Shown in pieces: positions 18,915 to 27,316 of a DNA stretch of 64,000 bases. Position 1 is the stretch's first letter. The number at the start of each line of letters is the position of its first letter. A program made the translations under genes and the position numbers. This stretch comes from Terriglobia bacterium (GTDB taxonomy: Bacteria; Acidobacteriota; Terriglobia; 20CM-2-55-15): contig CBDAOY010000008.1 in assembly GCA_965198225.1 (NCBI GenBank), positions 544,001 to 608,000 of the forward strand. The letters are read 5' to 3'. The notes beneath the pieces were generated by a model. That model was not told where the DNA came from, did not search any database, and was given only the letters and a program-made list of their open reading frames with translations.

Positions 18915-19943
18915 TCATGGCACCAGTATCAGCTTTCCGAACACCTTTCGCTGCTCGAGCAGTTCGTGCGCTTCGCGCGCATCCGCGAGCGGCATGACGC
19001 GGTCGATCACCGGCTTGAGCTGGCCCCGGAAGACACACGTCATCGCGTCCTGGAAGTCCTTCGGGCTCCCCATCGTCGATCCTATGATCCGGAGTTGGCG
19101 GAAGAAGATGTGGCGCAGGTCCGTCTGTGGTGTCGGGCCGGTCGTCGCTCCGCATGTCAGGATCCGCCCACCGCGGCGCGCCGCCTTCAAGCTCCGGATC
19201 CACGTGTCGGCACCGATGTAGTCGACGACGACGTCGACGCCCCTCTTTCCGGTCAGCTTCCGGACGGCGCGGTCGAACGGCTCCTCCTCGTAGTTGATCA
19301 GGATATCCGCTCCCAGCTCCCGGGCCCGCTCGAGTTTTTCGTCCGAACTCGCCGTCGCGAACACCCGGCAGCCGGCCATCTTGGCGATCTGGATGGCCGC
19401 GGTGCCAACACCGGCTCCTGCCCCGAGGATCAGGACGTCCTCCCCCGGGCGAAGCCTTCCCTTCGTGATCATCATGCTCCACGCCGTCATGAACACAAGG
19501 GGGGCTGCTGCAGCATCCTCGAACGAGATCCCGTCGGGTATGGGAAGGACGTTATGGCAGGAGATCTTCAGCAGTTCCGCGTAGCTTCCCTGGATCGTCT
19601 CCCCGACCATGTGGTAGGTCAGGCACAGGCTGCCCAACCCTGAGGCGCAGAACTCGCAGCGGCCACAGCTGATGCCGGGGTTGATCGTCACCCGCTGCCC
19701 GACCTCCAACCCCTGCACATCGGGTCCGATCTCTCGCACCACACCCGCTGCGTCGCCCCCCGGGATGTGAGGCAAGGGGAGCTTGATGCCCGGCAAGCCG
19801 CGCCGGACGAAAATGTCGAGGTGGTTGACCGAAGCGGCGCGGACTTCGATCAGGACCTCTTGGCCGGACGGCGTCGGATCCGATGCGTCCTCGAACCGAA
19901 GGACCTCCGGACCGCCGTGTTCGTGAAAAAGGACGGCCTTCAT
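18915..19943 (-). CDS. Zinc-binding (MDR) dehydrogenase / quinone oxidoreductase
   Basis: CGRCEFC..C structural Zn motif, GAGAGVG. Confidence 0.92.
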   Translation of the reverse strand: MKAVLFHEHGGPEVLRFEDASDPTPSGQEVLIEVRAASVNHLDIFVRRGLPGIKLPLPHIPGGDAAGVVREIGPDVQGLEVGQRVTINPGISCGRCEFCASGLGSLCLTYHMVGETIQGSYAELLKISCHNVLPIPDGISFEDAAAAPLVFMTAWSMMITKGRLRPGEDVLILGAGAGVGTAAIQIAKMAGCRVFATASSDEKLERARELGADILINYEEEPFDRAVRKLTGKRGVDVVVDYIGADTWIRSLKAARRGGRILTCGATTGPTPQTDLRHIFFRQLRIIGSTMGSPKDFQDAMTCVFRGQLKPVIDRVMPLADAREAHELLEQRKVFGKLILVP

Positions 19944-20014
19944 GATTCGCGTAGTGTATGTGCTAAATTTGCTCTTTTCAATCTGACGCAGAGCTCGGGG
20001 ACGGAGGGATTCCT

Positions 20015-20872
20015 ATGAATGTGAAAACGATTGCTGTTATCGGTGCGGGAATCATGGGGCGGGGGATCGCACATGTAGCAGCTCTCGGCGGCTTCGATCC
20101 AATTCTGAACGATGTCTCCGCCGAGCTTCTTGAATCGGCCCGGAGCCGAATCGGACGGGACATGCAGAAGGGCGTCGATCGGGGCAAATTGGGGGCGGAA
20201 GCCATGCGCGCGGGTCTGGATCGCTTGAGGACCTCGACCGACTTGGCGGAATCAGCCGCGGAAGCCGACCTCGTTATCGAAGCTGTTCCGGAAAAGATCG
20301 ACCTGAAGATGGATCTCTTCGGGCGCCTCGACAAGGCCGCCCCGGACCACGCCGTCCTCGCTACGAACACTTCCGGTTTGAGCATCACGGAAATGGCGGC
20401 AGCGACCGAGCGTCCGGAGAGAGTCATCGGCATGCACTTCTTCAACCCTGTTCATAAGATGAAACTCGTCGAAATCATACGGGGCCTGGAAACCGATGAC
20501 GACACCCTCACGACCGTCGAAGCCGTGTCGAGAAAGATGGGTAAGGAAACGGTCGAGATCAACGAATCGCCTGGGTTTGTGACATCGCGAATCAACGCCT
20601 TGATCGGGAACGAAGCGTTCTACATGCTACAGGCTGGCGTCGGCAGCGCTCGCGACATCGACAAGGCATTGAAGCTGGGCCTGAATCACCCGATGGGACC
20701 GTTTGAGATGATCGACCTGGTCGGATTGGACACGCGCTTGAGCATACTGAATTTCCTACACCAGACGCTGGGCGAGAAGTATCGTCCCTGCCCGTTGCTT
20801 GTGAAGTACGTAAAGGCCGGCCGCTTCGGACGGAAGGTCGGCAAGGGCGTCTACGAGTATCCGGACGACTGA
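20015..20872 (+). CDS. 3-hydroxyacyl(butyryl)-CoA dehydrogenase
   Basis: GAGIMGRGIA, EAVPE, GMHFFNP, HPMGP. Confidence 0.95.
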   Translation: MNVKTIAVIGAGIMGRGIAHVAALGGFDPILNDVSAELLESARSRIGRDMQKGVDRGKLGAEAMRAGLDRLRTSTDLAESAAEADLVIEAVPEKIDLKMDLFGRLDKAAPDHAVLATNTSGLSITEMAAATERPERVIGMHFFNPVHKMKLVEIIRGLETDDDTLTTVEAVSRKMGKETVEINESPGFVTSRINALIGNEAFYMLQAGVGSARDIDKALKLGLNHPMGPFEMIDLVGLDTRLSILNFLHQTLGEKYRPCPLLVKYVKAGRFGRKVGKGVYEYPDD

Positions 20873-20886
20873 CTTCGGAGCTTAGG

Positions 20887-21618
20887 GTGCAGATCGAAGG
20901 ATCCATATTCCTGGTTACAGGTTCGGCTCGGAGGGTCGGTCGCGCGATTGCGCTCGAGCTGGCCCGGCTGGGTGGCCGGCTGGCCGTGCATTACCGCACC
21001 TCCCGGGATGACGCGGCGGACACCCTGCGACGGATCAAAGATCTCGGCGCGGACGGCGAACTGTTCCAGGCCGACCTGGTAGACGATCGGGCGCGGGAGC
21101 GGATGATCGACGACATCAGGTCCCGCCTGGGATCGATTCGAATCCTCGTCAATAACGCCTCGGTGTTTTCGCCGGGTACCCTTGATGACAGCAGCCCCGA
21201 AATGTGGGACGAGCAGCTGGATACCAATGCCAAGGTGCCGTTCTTCCTCGCGCAGGCGTGCGGTCGCGAGATGCTGGAGGCCGGGGCCGGCAAGATCATC
21301 AACATCGCCGATCCCGCCGGTGAGATGATCTGGACGAGGTACTTTCCCTACAGCGTTTCCAAGGCGGCGCTGCTGGCCGTCACACGCGGCCTGGCTCGAT
21401 CGCTCGCCCCGGCGGTTCAGGTCAACGCGATTGCTCCAGGCCCGGTGCACTTCCCCGAAAGTTACACGGACGACCAAAAGCAGCGAGCGATCGAACAGAC
21501 CCTCCTCAAACGAGCCGGCAGTATAGACGACATCGTCCGCGCGGTCGTCTTCATAATCGAGAACGACTACATTACCGGCGAAGTCCTGCACGTCGACGGC
21601 GGGCGACACCTTTTGTAA
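20887..21618 (+). CDS. SDR, pteridine reductase/FolM-like
   Basis: TGSARRVG, NNASVF, YSVSK. Confidence 0.88.
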   Translation: MQIEGSIFLVTGSARRVGRAIALELARLGGRLAVHYRTSRDDAADTLRRIKDLGADGELFQADLVDDRARERMIDDIRSRLGSIRILVNNASVFSPGTLDDSSPEMWDEQLDTNAKVPFFLAQACGREMLEAGAGKIINIADPAGEMIWTRYFPYSVSKAALLAVTRGLARSLAPAVQVNAIAPGPVHFPESYTDDQKQRAIEQTLLKRAGSIDDIVRAVVFIIENDYITGEVLHVDGGRHLL

Positions 21619-21621
21619 TTA

Positions 21622-21815
21622 GATTTCCGACAATGAGAAATCGAGCAATCTCCAACCTGCAACTTCCAATGCGGATTCGTGCATTAGTAAATCTGCGATA
21701 GACGGACTCTTCTGTCCCATTGCAAATTGCGATATTTGAAAGAATCCACATTGTAGGTTGCTCATTGGAGATTGCTTCATTTCAGATTTCCGACGAAGGA
21801 AAAATCGAGCAAATT
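21622..21815. repeat. AT-rich intergenic repeat family B
   Basis: GATATTTGAAAGAATCC.CATTG...ATTTCAGATTTCC...AAATCGAGCAA shared with 33017-33124; weaker copy near 7899-7950. Confidence 0.75.
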
Positions 21816-21850
21816 TGCAGCTGTTCGTGTCGCGAAACCGTGCCGCGAGA

Positions 21851-21910
21851 GAGCCACTGTGAGGGGGACAGGGGCCTGGCCCTGTCCCCGGGTGTTTGTT
21901 GAGCAGAAAA
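21851..21910. repeat. REP family A, copy 3
   Basis: GAGCCACTGTGAGGGGGACAGGGGCCTGGCCCTGTCCCCGGGTGTTTG identical to copy 1. Confidence 0.9.
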
Positions 21911-21987
21911 GTTTCGCGGATCTCCCCGGGTGTTCGTTAAAGCACAAAAGTCTAGGGGGTGACAGATGCGTCTCGCTAAGCGGACAG

Positions 21988-22986
21988 CTACAACGCGTTG
22001 ATGATAGCGTCGGTGAATTCCGGTGTGGTCGCGGTGCCGCCCAGGTCGCGGGTCCGGATCTCACCCTTCTCCATGACGGTGTGCAGGGCTTTCCGGATTC
22101 GGCGGCCCGCTTCCTTCTCGCCGATGTGGTCCATCATCAGGCATGCCGAAAGCAGCAGCGCCGTGGGGTTGGCGATGTTCTTGCCCGCGATGTCCGGCGC
22201 ACTTCCGTGCACGGCTTCGAACACGGCAGCGTCGAGCCCGATGTTTGCGCCCGGCACAACGCCGAGACCTCCCACGAGACCGGCAGCAAGGTCAGAAACG
22301 ATATCGCCGTACAGGTTCTCCATCAGGAGCACATCGAACTGGTAGGGATCCAGGACAAGCTGCATGCAGGTGTTGTCGACAATCTTTTCATCGCACTCGA
22401 TGTCGGGATAGTCGACAGCCACTTTCCGAAAACAGTCCAGGAAGAGCCCGTCGCTCTTCTTCATGATGTTCGCCTTGTGCACGGCCGTCACTCGTCTGCG
22501 GCCCGCCGAGCGGGCGTGGTCGAAAGCGAAGCGGGAAATGCGCGTGCAGGCGCGCTCAGTCATGATCTTCAACGACTCGACGACGCCGGGAATGATTTCG
22601 TGTTCGAGGCCGGAATAGAGGCCCTCCGTGTTCTCGCGTACGATAATGAGGTCGACATCGCCAAAACGGGAATCCAGGCCCGGCAGGTTCTTGACCGGGC
22701 GGAGGTTGGCGTAGAGGTCCAGCTGTTTGCGGAGGCGGACATTGACGCTTTCGAATCCCGTTCCGATCGGGGTCGTCACAGGCCCTTTCAGTGCCACTCT
22801 GTTCGTCCGGACCGATTCCAATGCTTCTTCGGGCAGAGTGGAGCCGGTGCGTTCGACGGCTTCGGAACCCACGGTTTGGCGGTCCCATTCCACTTCGACA
22901 CCGGCGCTCTCGAGCACGCGCAGGACAGCCGCCGACACTTCTCGACCGATGCCGTCACCCGGCAGCAACGTGATCCTGTGACTCAT
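21988..22986 (-). CDS. NAD-dependent isocitrate (isocitrate/isopropylmalate family) dehydrogenase
   Basis: PGDGIG, RENTEGLY, HKANIMK, NLYGDIVSD, EAVHGSAPDIAG. Confidence 0.93.
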   Translation of the reverse strand: MSHRITLLPGDGIGREVSAAVLRVLESAGVEVEWDRQTVGSEAVERTGSTLPEEALESVRTNRVALKGPVTTPIGTGFESVNVRLRKQLDLYANLRPVKNLPGLDSRFGDVDLIIVRENTEGLYSGLEHEIIPGVVESLKIMTERACTRISRFAFDHARSAGRRRVTAVHKANIMKKSDGLFLDCFRKVAVDYPDIECDEKIVDNTCMQLVLDPYQFDVLLMENLYGDIVSDLAAGLVGGLGVVPGANIGLDAAVFEAVHGSAPDIAGKNIANPTALLLSACLMMDHIGEKEAGRRIRKALHTVMEKGEIRTRDLGGTATTPEFTDAIINAL

Positions 22987-23219
22987 ACTCTCCAAATCTA
23001 ACACGCGAGCGGTCCCTTCGGTAGTTTGGATGCAAGGGGCGTGTCGCCGGGTTTCACCTTCAGGCCGTTCGTCCGGAATACCCCGCCAATTCAGCGTTTG
23101 AGGTCATTTCGACAGCGGCTCACGACTCCCGTCTAGTTCTTGACTTGACTCATACCCTATGGTAAAAACCGCGACCATGCGGCAGAAAGACACGGTCTTG
23201 ATCAGACGAGGAGGCAGCT

Positions 23220-23501
23220 ATGAATAAGGGCGAGTTGGTCGAACGCATCGCGAAAGATGCGAAACTCTCGAAAACGCAGGCCACCAATGCACTGAACTCG
23301 GCGCTTGGGGCCGTCCAGGGAACTCTCAAGAAAGGCGGCAAGGTGACCCTGGTCGGATTCGGGACCTTCTCGGTGTCGAAACGAAAGGCACGGACCGGAC
23401 GGAATCCACAGACGGGAGCGAAACTGAAGATTGCGGCACGTCGCGTTGCCCGGTTCTCACCGGGGGCGGACCTGAAGAAGGCGGTCAACAGGGGGAAATA
23501 G
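23220..23501 (+). CDS. hup: HU nucleoid protein
   Basis: MNKGELV, GFGTF, RTGRNPQTG. Confidence 0.97.
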   Translation: MNKGELVERIAKDAKLSKTQATNALNSALGAVQGTLKKGGKVTLVGFGTFSVSKRKARTGRNPQTGAKLKIAARRVARFSPGADLKKAVNRGK

Positions 23502-23765
23502 ATCCCGGTGCGTCGCTCGGCCGGAGGCCATCGCTACCTCCGCATTCCACTGAGGGATCTGCTCGATTTGAGCAGGGCGAAAGAGTTATGTACCTGAGGC
23601 GGTGAAGTTTATTAGAATAGTGGACTTTGGGAGTGCCGGTCTGGTGAATTTGCCCAGGGTCTGACGACACACAATCGAGGGACGCCGGCAGCCATATGGC
23701 TGAACTTTTACTTACTGCCTAAAGGACAGGTAGCCGAAATCCAACGAATTCAGAAGGGGGAGTTA

Positions 23766-24482
23766 ATGCGTAGTTCAAATCGACGATTCCCGAACTTGGG
23801 AGTTTTCATCCTGATCGGAGCCGTTTCGCTTTCCGGGTGCGCCACGAAGAATTTCGTGCTTGAGGAGATCGCTCCGATCGAGGCGCGGGTTTCCGAACTG
23901 GAATCGACCGACACGGAGCACGCTGAAAGGATCGACGCCGTCGATCAGCGGGCTCAGGAAGGCATCAGTCAGGCGAACACGGCGAACACAGCGGCAGCGG
24001 CGGCTGATAGCAAAGCTGAGTCCGCCGGCGAGGATGCGGCAACTGCCGATCGTAAGGCAGAAGCGGCTCAGCAGAGCGCGGACCAGGCGATGAACCGGCT
24101 TGGTACCGTCGAGAACCGCCTGGGTACGCTCTACGACTATTCGGTCACCCAGACTGTGACGGTCACGTTCGGCCTCGAGAGCGCCGCGCTGTCGGATGAA
24201 GCCAACGGCACGCTGGACGGTATTGCGGGTCAAGTGCAGGACGGCGACTTCGTTGAAGTCCAGGGCTACACCGACTCCACCGGTGAGGACGGTTACAACA
24301 TCGCCCTCAGCGACCGGCGGGCGCAGGCCGTCAAACGGTACCTGGTTTCGAAGGAGGTGCCGTTGTTCCGGATCGAGGTCGTGGGCCTGGGAGAAATGGA
24401 TCCTGCCGCGTCGAATGACGATCGTGCCGGGCGCGAGCAGAACCGACGAGTTGAAGTCCGAATTCTGCGGGCAGGCTCGTAA
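23766..24482 (+). CDS. OmpA/Pal-family lipoprotein
   Basis: LSGC lipobox, coiled coil, GYTDSTG..YN..LS.RRA, NRRVE. Confidence 0.92.
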   Translation: MRSSNRRFPNLGVFILIGAVSLSGCATKNFVLEEIAPIEARVSELESTDTEHAERIDAVDQRAQEGISQANTANTAAAAADSKAESAGEDAATADRKAEAAQQSADQAMNRLGTVENRLGTLYDYSVTQTVTVTFGLESAALSDEANGTLDGIAGQVQDGDFVEVQGYTDSTGEDGYNIALSDRRAQAVKRYLVSKEVPLFRIEVVGLGEMDPAASNDDRAGREQNRRVEVRILRAGS

Positions 24483-24502
24483 TAATTCGTCTCTGAATAG
24501 CG

Positions 24503-24531
24503 AAAAGGGGCGAGTGATCTCGCCCCTTTTT
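24503..24531. terminator. Bidirectional intrinsic terminator
   Basis: AAAAGGGGCGAG-TGAT-CTCGCCCCTTTTT between convergent genes. Confidence 0.85.
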
Positions 24532-24548
24532 GCTCGGACCAGTGGGCC

Positions 24549-25586
24549 TTACTGGGCGTAGTAGCCTGCCCGAGACTGACGGACCTGATAGGCTCCACTT
24601 CCTACCTTAACAACGATCCTCCGCAGTCCTTCATCGGGTTCCGCCGGCGGCGGAACGTAGCCCAGGCTGTAAGCACTCCCGAGTTCCTGGCCTATCGCCT
24701 CATACAGCGGAATCACATCATCTATCGTCTGAGGAAACAACACCCGGCCTCCGGAAATCTCTGCAAGGTTTTCCATTCGCAGCCGGACCTGTTTCAAGTA
24801 CTGATCCGGAATCGAAGAATCTTTGTAGATGATCTTCAAGTTCCGGTACTCGTCGGCACCCCGGGTGTTGCCCTCGAGGTTGCGATCCGTGTTGATGGCG
24901 ATGAAGTGGACGGGAATGCCGTTCTCTTCCGCCGTGTTGCGCAGGCCGCGGTACCGGCGATCCTGCTCCGGTGTCATCACACGGTTGCGCCGGACGATGT
25001 CGCGGTACAAGGACGTATCACGACCGTCAGTCAGAACGATCACTGCCCGGCGCTCGCGAATGCGGTTGAACGAGCGGTCCAACACCCGTTCCAGTGCTCT
25101 GTAGAATTCCGTCGTCCCGCCGGATTCACGATCCTCCGTCAGCGGATCCAGCGCCCGCAGGGCCTCATCGCGGGGAGAATCCCAGTCAGCGAGCGTCTGC
25201 AGGCCTTCATCGAATAATCCGATCGAGATGCGATCCTGCGGCTTGATGTAGCCCGCGAAACCCGCGACGGCGCGGCGCATGAAGTCCCACTTATGACGCG
25301 TACTGCCGGAACTGTCGAAGAGCAGGTAGACGTGATACGGCGCCGTGCTGGAGCCAAAATAGCGAAGCTCCTGGAGTTTCCCGTTCTCGTATATCTCGAA
25401 GTCTTCGGCGCCGAGACCGTCCACGGGTTGTCCCGTCGCGTCGGTGACTGACACGTCCAGACTGACGACCGGCACGTCGACCCGGAGCGTGAAGTCCTGT
25501 TCCTGCCCGAAAAGCGTGGCGGATGAAACCAAACACCAGAGCATCGGTCTAAGTACTCGTAGCATGGTTGTGTGGTATCGTAGCAT
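24549..25586 (-). CDS. Secreted VWA-domain protein (acidobacterial type)
   Basis: MIDAS DSSGS, LTDGRD, SGGR, YSLGY, terminal RAGYYA. Confidence 0.9.
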   Translation of the reverse strand: MLRYHTTMLRVLRPMLWCLVSSATLFGQEQDFTLRVDVPVVSLDVSVTDATGQPVDGLGAEDFEIYENGKLQELRYFGSSTAPYHVYLLFDSSGSTRHKWDFMRRAVAGFAGYIKPQDRISIGLFDEGLQTLADWDSPRDEALRALDPLTEDRESGGTTEFYRALERVLDRSFNRIRERRAVIVLTDGRDTSLYRDIVRRNRVMTPEQDRRYRGLRNTAEENGIPVHFIAINTDRNLEGNTRGADEYRNLKIIYKDSSIPDQYLKQVRLRMENLAEISGGRVLFPQTIDDVIPLYEAIGQELGSAYSLGYVPPPAEPDEGLRRIVVKVGSGAYQVRQSRAGYYAQ

Positions 25587-25662
25587 GAGAAACCGACACG
25601 CTCACTCGAGGCCGATTCTGAGAGTCCGGAGCCGCTCGACGGATTCCTGAAGGAGGCTTATC

Positions 25663-25878
25663 TTGAAGAAACTATTGCTATTAGCGTCGATGATCGGGGC
25701 CGTGGCCATTGTACTGGCGCCACAGGCCGGAGGGACGCCCGAGTTTGCCAAGAAGGAAAAGAAGAGCTGTCTCACCTGTCACACCGCGATGGGAAAGCCC
25801 GATCTGAATGGGGCCGGAAAGTACTACAAGGAACACCAAACCCTCAAGGGCTACAAGAAGCCCCCTCCCGGCGAATAG
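25663..25878 (+). CDS. Small monoheme c-type cytochrome
   Basis: AGGAGG RBS, signal peptide, CLTCH. Confidence 0.8.
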   Translation: MKKLLLLASMIGAVAIVLAPQAGGTPEFAKKEKKSCLTCHTAMGKPDLNGAGKYYKEHQTLKGYKKPPPGE

Positions 25879-25971
25879 CAGCGGCAGTCTAGTTCCGATA
25901 CCAGTCCTGCCGGCGTTCCCATTCGAAGGCCTCCCGAAAGTACCTCTTCAGCAGCGAAACAGCGGGCCCGG

Positions 25972-26850
25972 TTACTTCATCGCCGTCTGGATTGCCTCTT
26001 CCAAGACTTCCGCTTCCTGGAAGTTGACGAAGTGTTTCACCACGACGCCGTTGGCGTCCACGAAAAACATCGTGGGGAACACGTTAACGCCGCCGTAGGC
26101 ATTCTGCATCTGCTGGTTCAAGTAGGCTGTCGTGAACTCGATGCCCAGATTCTGGACATACTCGGCCCGCATCGTGTCGTCGTAGGGGAGTTCCAGGACG
26201 CGATCCGCGTTGGCGGCGACGATCTCGAACCCGGAGCCGGCGTACTTGGCATGCAATTCGACAAGAAGTGGTGAGGTCTTGACACAGGGCGGGCAGTTGG
26301 TGAACCAGATGTAGACCAAGTGAGGCTTTCCGGCTACGTCCTGGGATGTCACCGCGCTGCCGTCGTAGTGTTCGATCGAGAACTGCGGAATCGGGTTGCC
26401 TTCCCATCCGGCAATCGTCCTCTCGATCAACCGCCCGAACTGCGGGTGTGCGCGAACCGGCTCTACGTCGATGCTCGTGATTTCACCGGTCGCGGGGTCG
26501 CGCTCGAAGAAGCGGGGGACCCTGGGATCCGACTCCATGATCCGCAGGATCACGTCCGCTTCGCCTTCAACGTTGAAATTGAACTGCTCGGAGATTTCCT
26601 GCAGCGTCGGGATTTCGCCGGTACTCGTGTTGTATTGCACGAGGAACAGCGGGATCTTGAAGAAAGTATTGTAGAGAGCGCTGAGCACCTGCTGCTCTTC
26701 CGGCGTCGTGAAGACCTCGTTCGCCAGGTCGGAGACGACCACAGGCTGCCCCGGTTGCACGTTTTCCCGGAGGTATTCAATGATTCGGGTCTCGGTGTTC
26801 GGCTGTTGGAACAACAGGGCCATCAAGGCCGCTCCTAGCCATGTTTTCAT
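25972..26850 (-). CDS. TlpA-like redoxin with an N-terminal extra domain
   Basis: WFTNCPPC, FPTMFFVD. Confidence 0.85.
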   Translation of the reverse strand: MKTWLGAALMALLFQQPNTETRIIEYLRENVQPGQPVVVSDLANEVFTTPEEQQVLSALYNTFFKIPLFLVQYNTSTGEIPTLQEISEQFNFNVEGEADVILRIMESDPRVPRFFERDPATGEITSIDVEPVRAHPQFGRLIERTIAGWEGNPIPQFSIEHYDGSAVTSQDVAGKPHLVYIWFTNCPPCVKTSPLLVELHAKYAGSGFEIVAANADRVLELPYDDTMRAEYVQNLGIEFTTAYLNQQMQNAYGGVNVFPTMFFVDANGVVVKHFVNFQEAEVLEEAIQTAMK

Positions 26851-27060
26851 CGGGAAATCCTCCTGTCTGGTTCGATTAAAACTACTATTTCCATATGTTT
26901 GTGTCCAGTTGTTTGTATGCCCTGAAACGGGTCAAAAGGTTCTTGGACGGACCGCGGAGTCAGTCGTGAGTAGTTGGTTTTCGGTCATGCCGAGAAGAAG
27001 TGACGAGTGACAAGTGGCGAGTGACGAGTCGGAGGGCTTCCCTTGAGAATAGTTCCTAGC

Positions 27061-27307
27061 GCCAACGGCCTACGAAACCAAGGTGCGGCCACCCCTCGCC
27101 AGTCACGCATGCAAACTTCGGTAAGCGACCCCACAACGGCCAACGGCCTACGAAACCAGGGTGCAACCATCCCTCGCCAGTCACCCACGAAACTTCGGTA
27201 AGCAACCCGACAACGGGCAACGGCCAACGGCCTACGAAACCAAGGTGCGACCATCCCTCGCCAGTCACCCACGAAAACTTCGGTAAGCGACCCCCCAACG
27301 GCCTACG
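27061..27307. repeat. Three tandem ~78-85 bp repeats
   Basis: Units start at 27061, 27139 and 27223 with GCCAACGGCCTACGAAACCA.GGTGC...CCCTCGCCAGTCAC...AACTTCGGTAAGC. Confidence 0.9.
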
Positions 27308-27316
27308 CCCCGACCC

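Noticed and set aside
16497-20872. Complete anaerobic benzoyl-CoA pathway
   Set aside because: Only a dienoyl-CoA-hydratase-like gene and generic beta-oxidation genes; no benzoyl-CoA reductase or ligase in the window
27061-27307. CRISPR array
   Set aside because: Whole units are homologous with no unique spacers; no cas genes in the window
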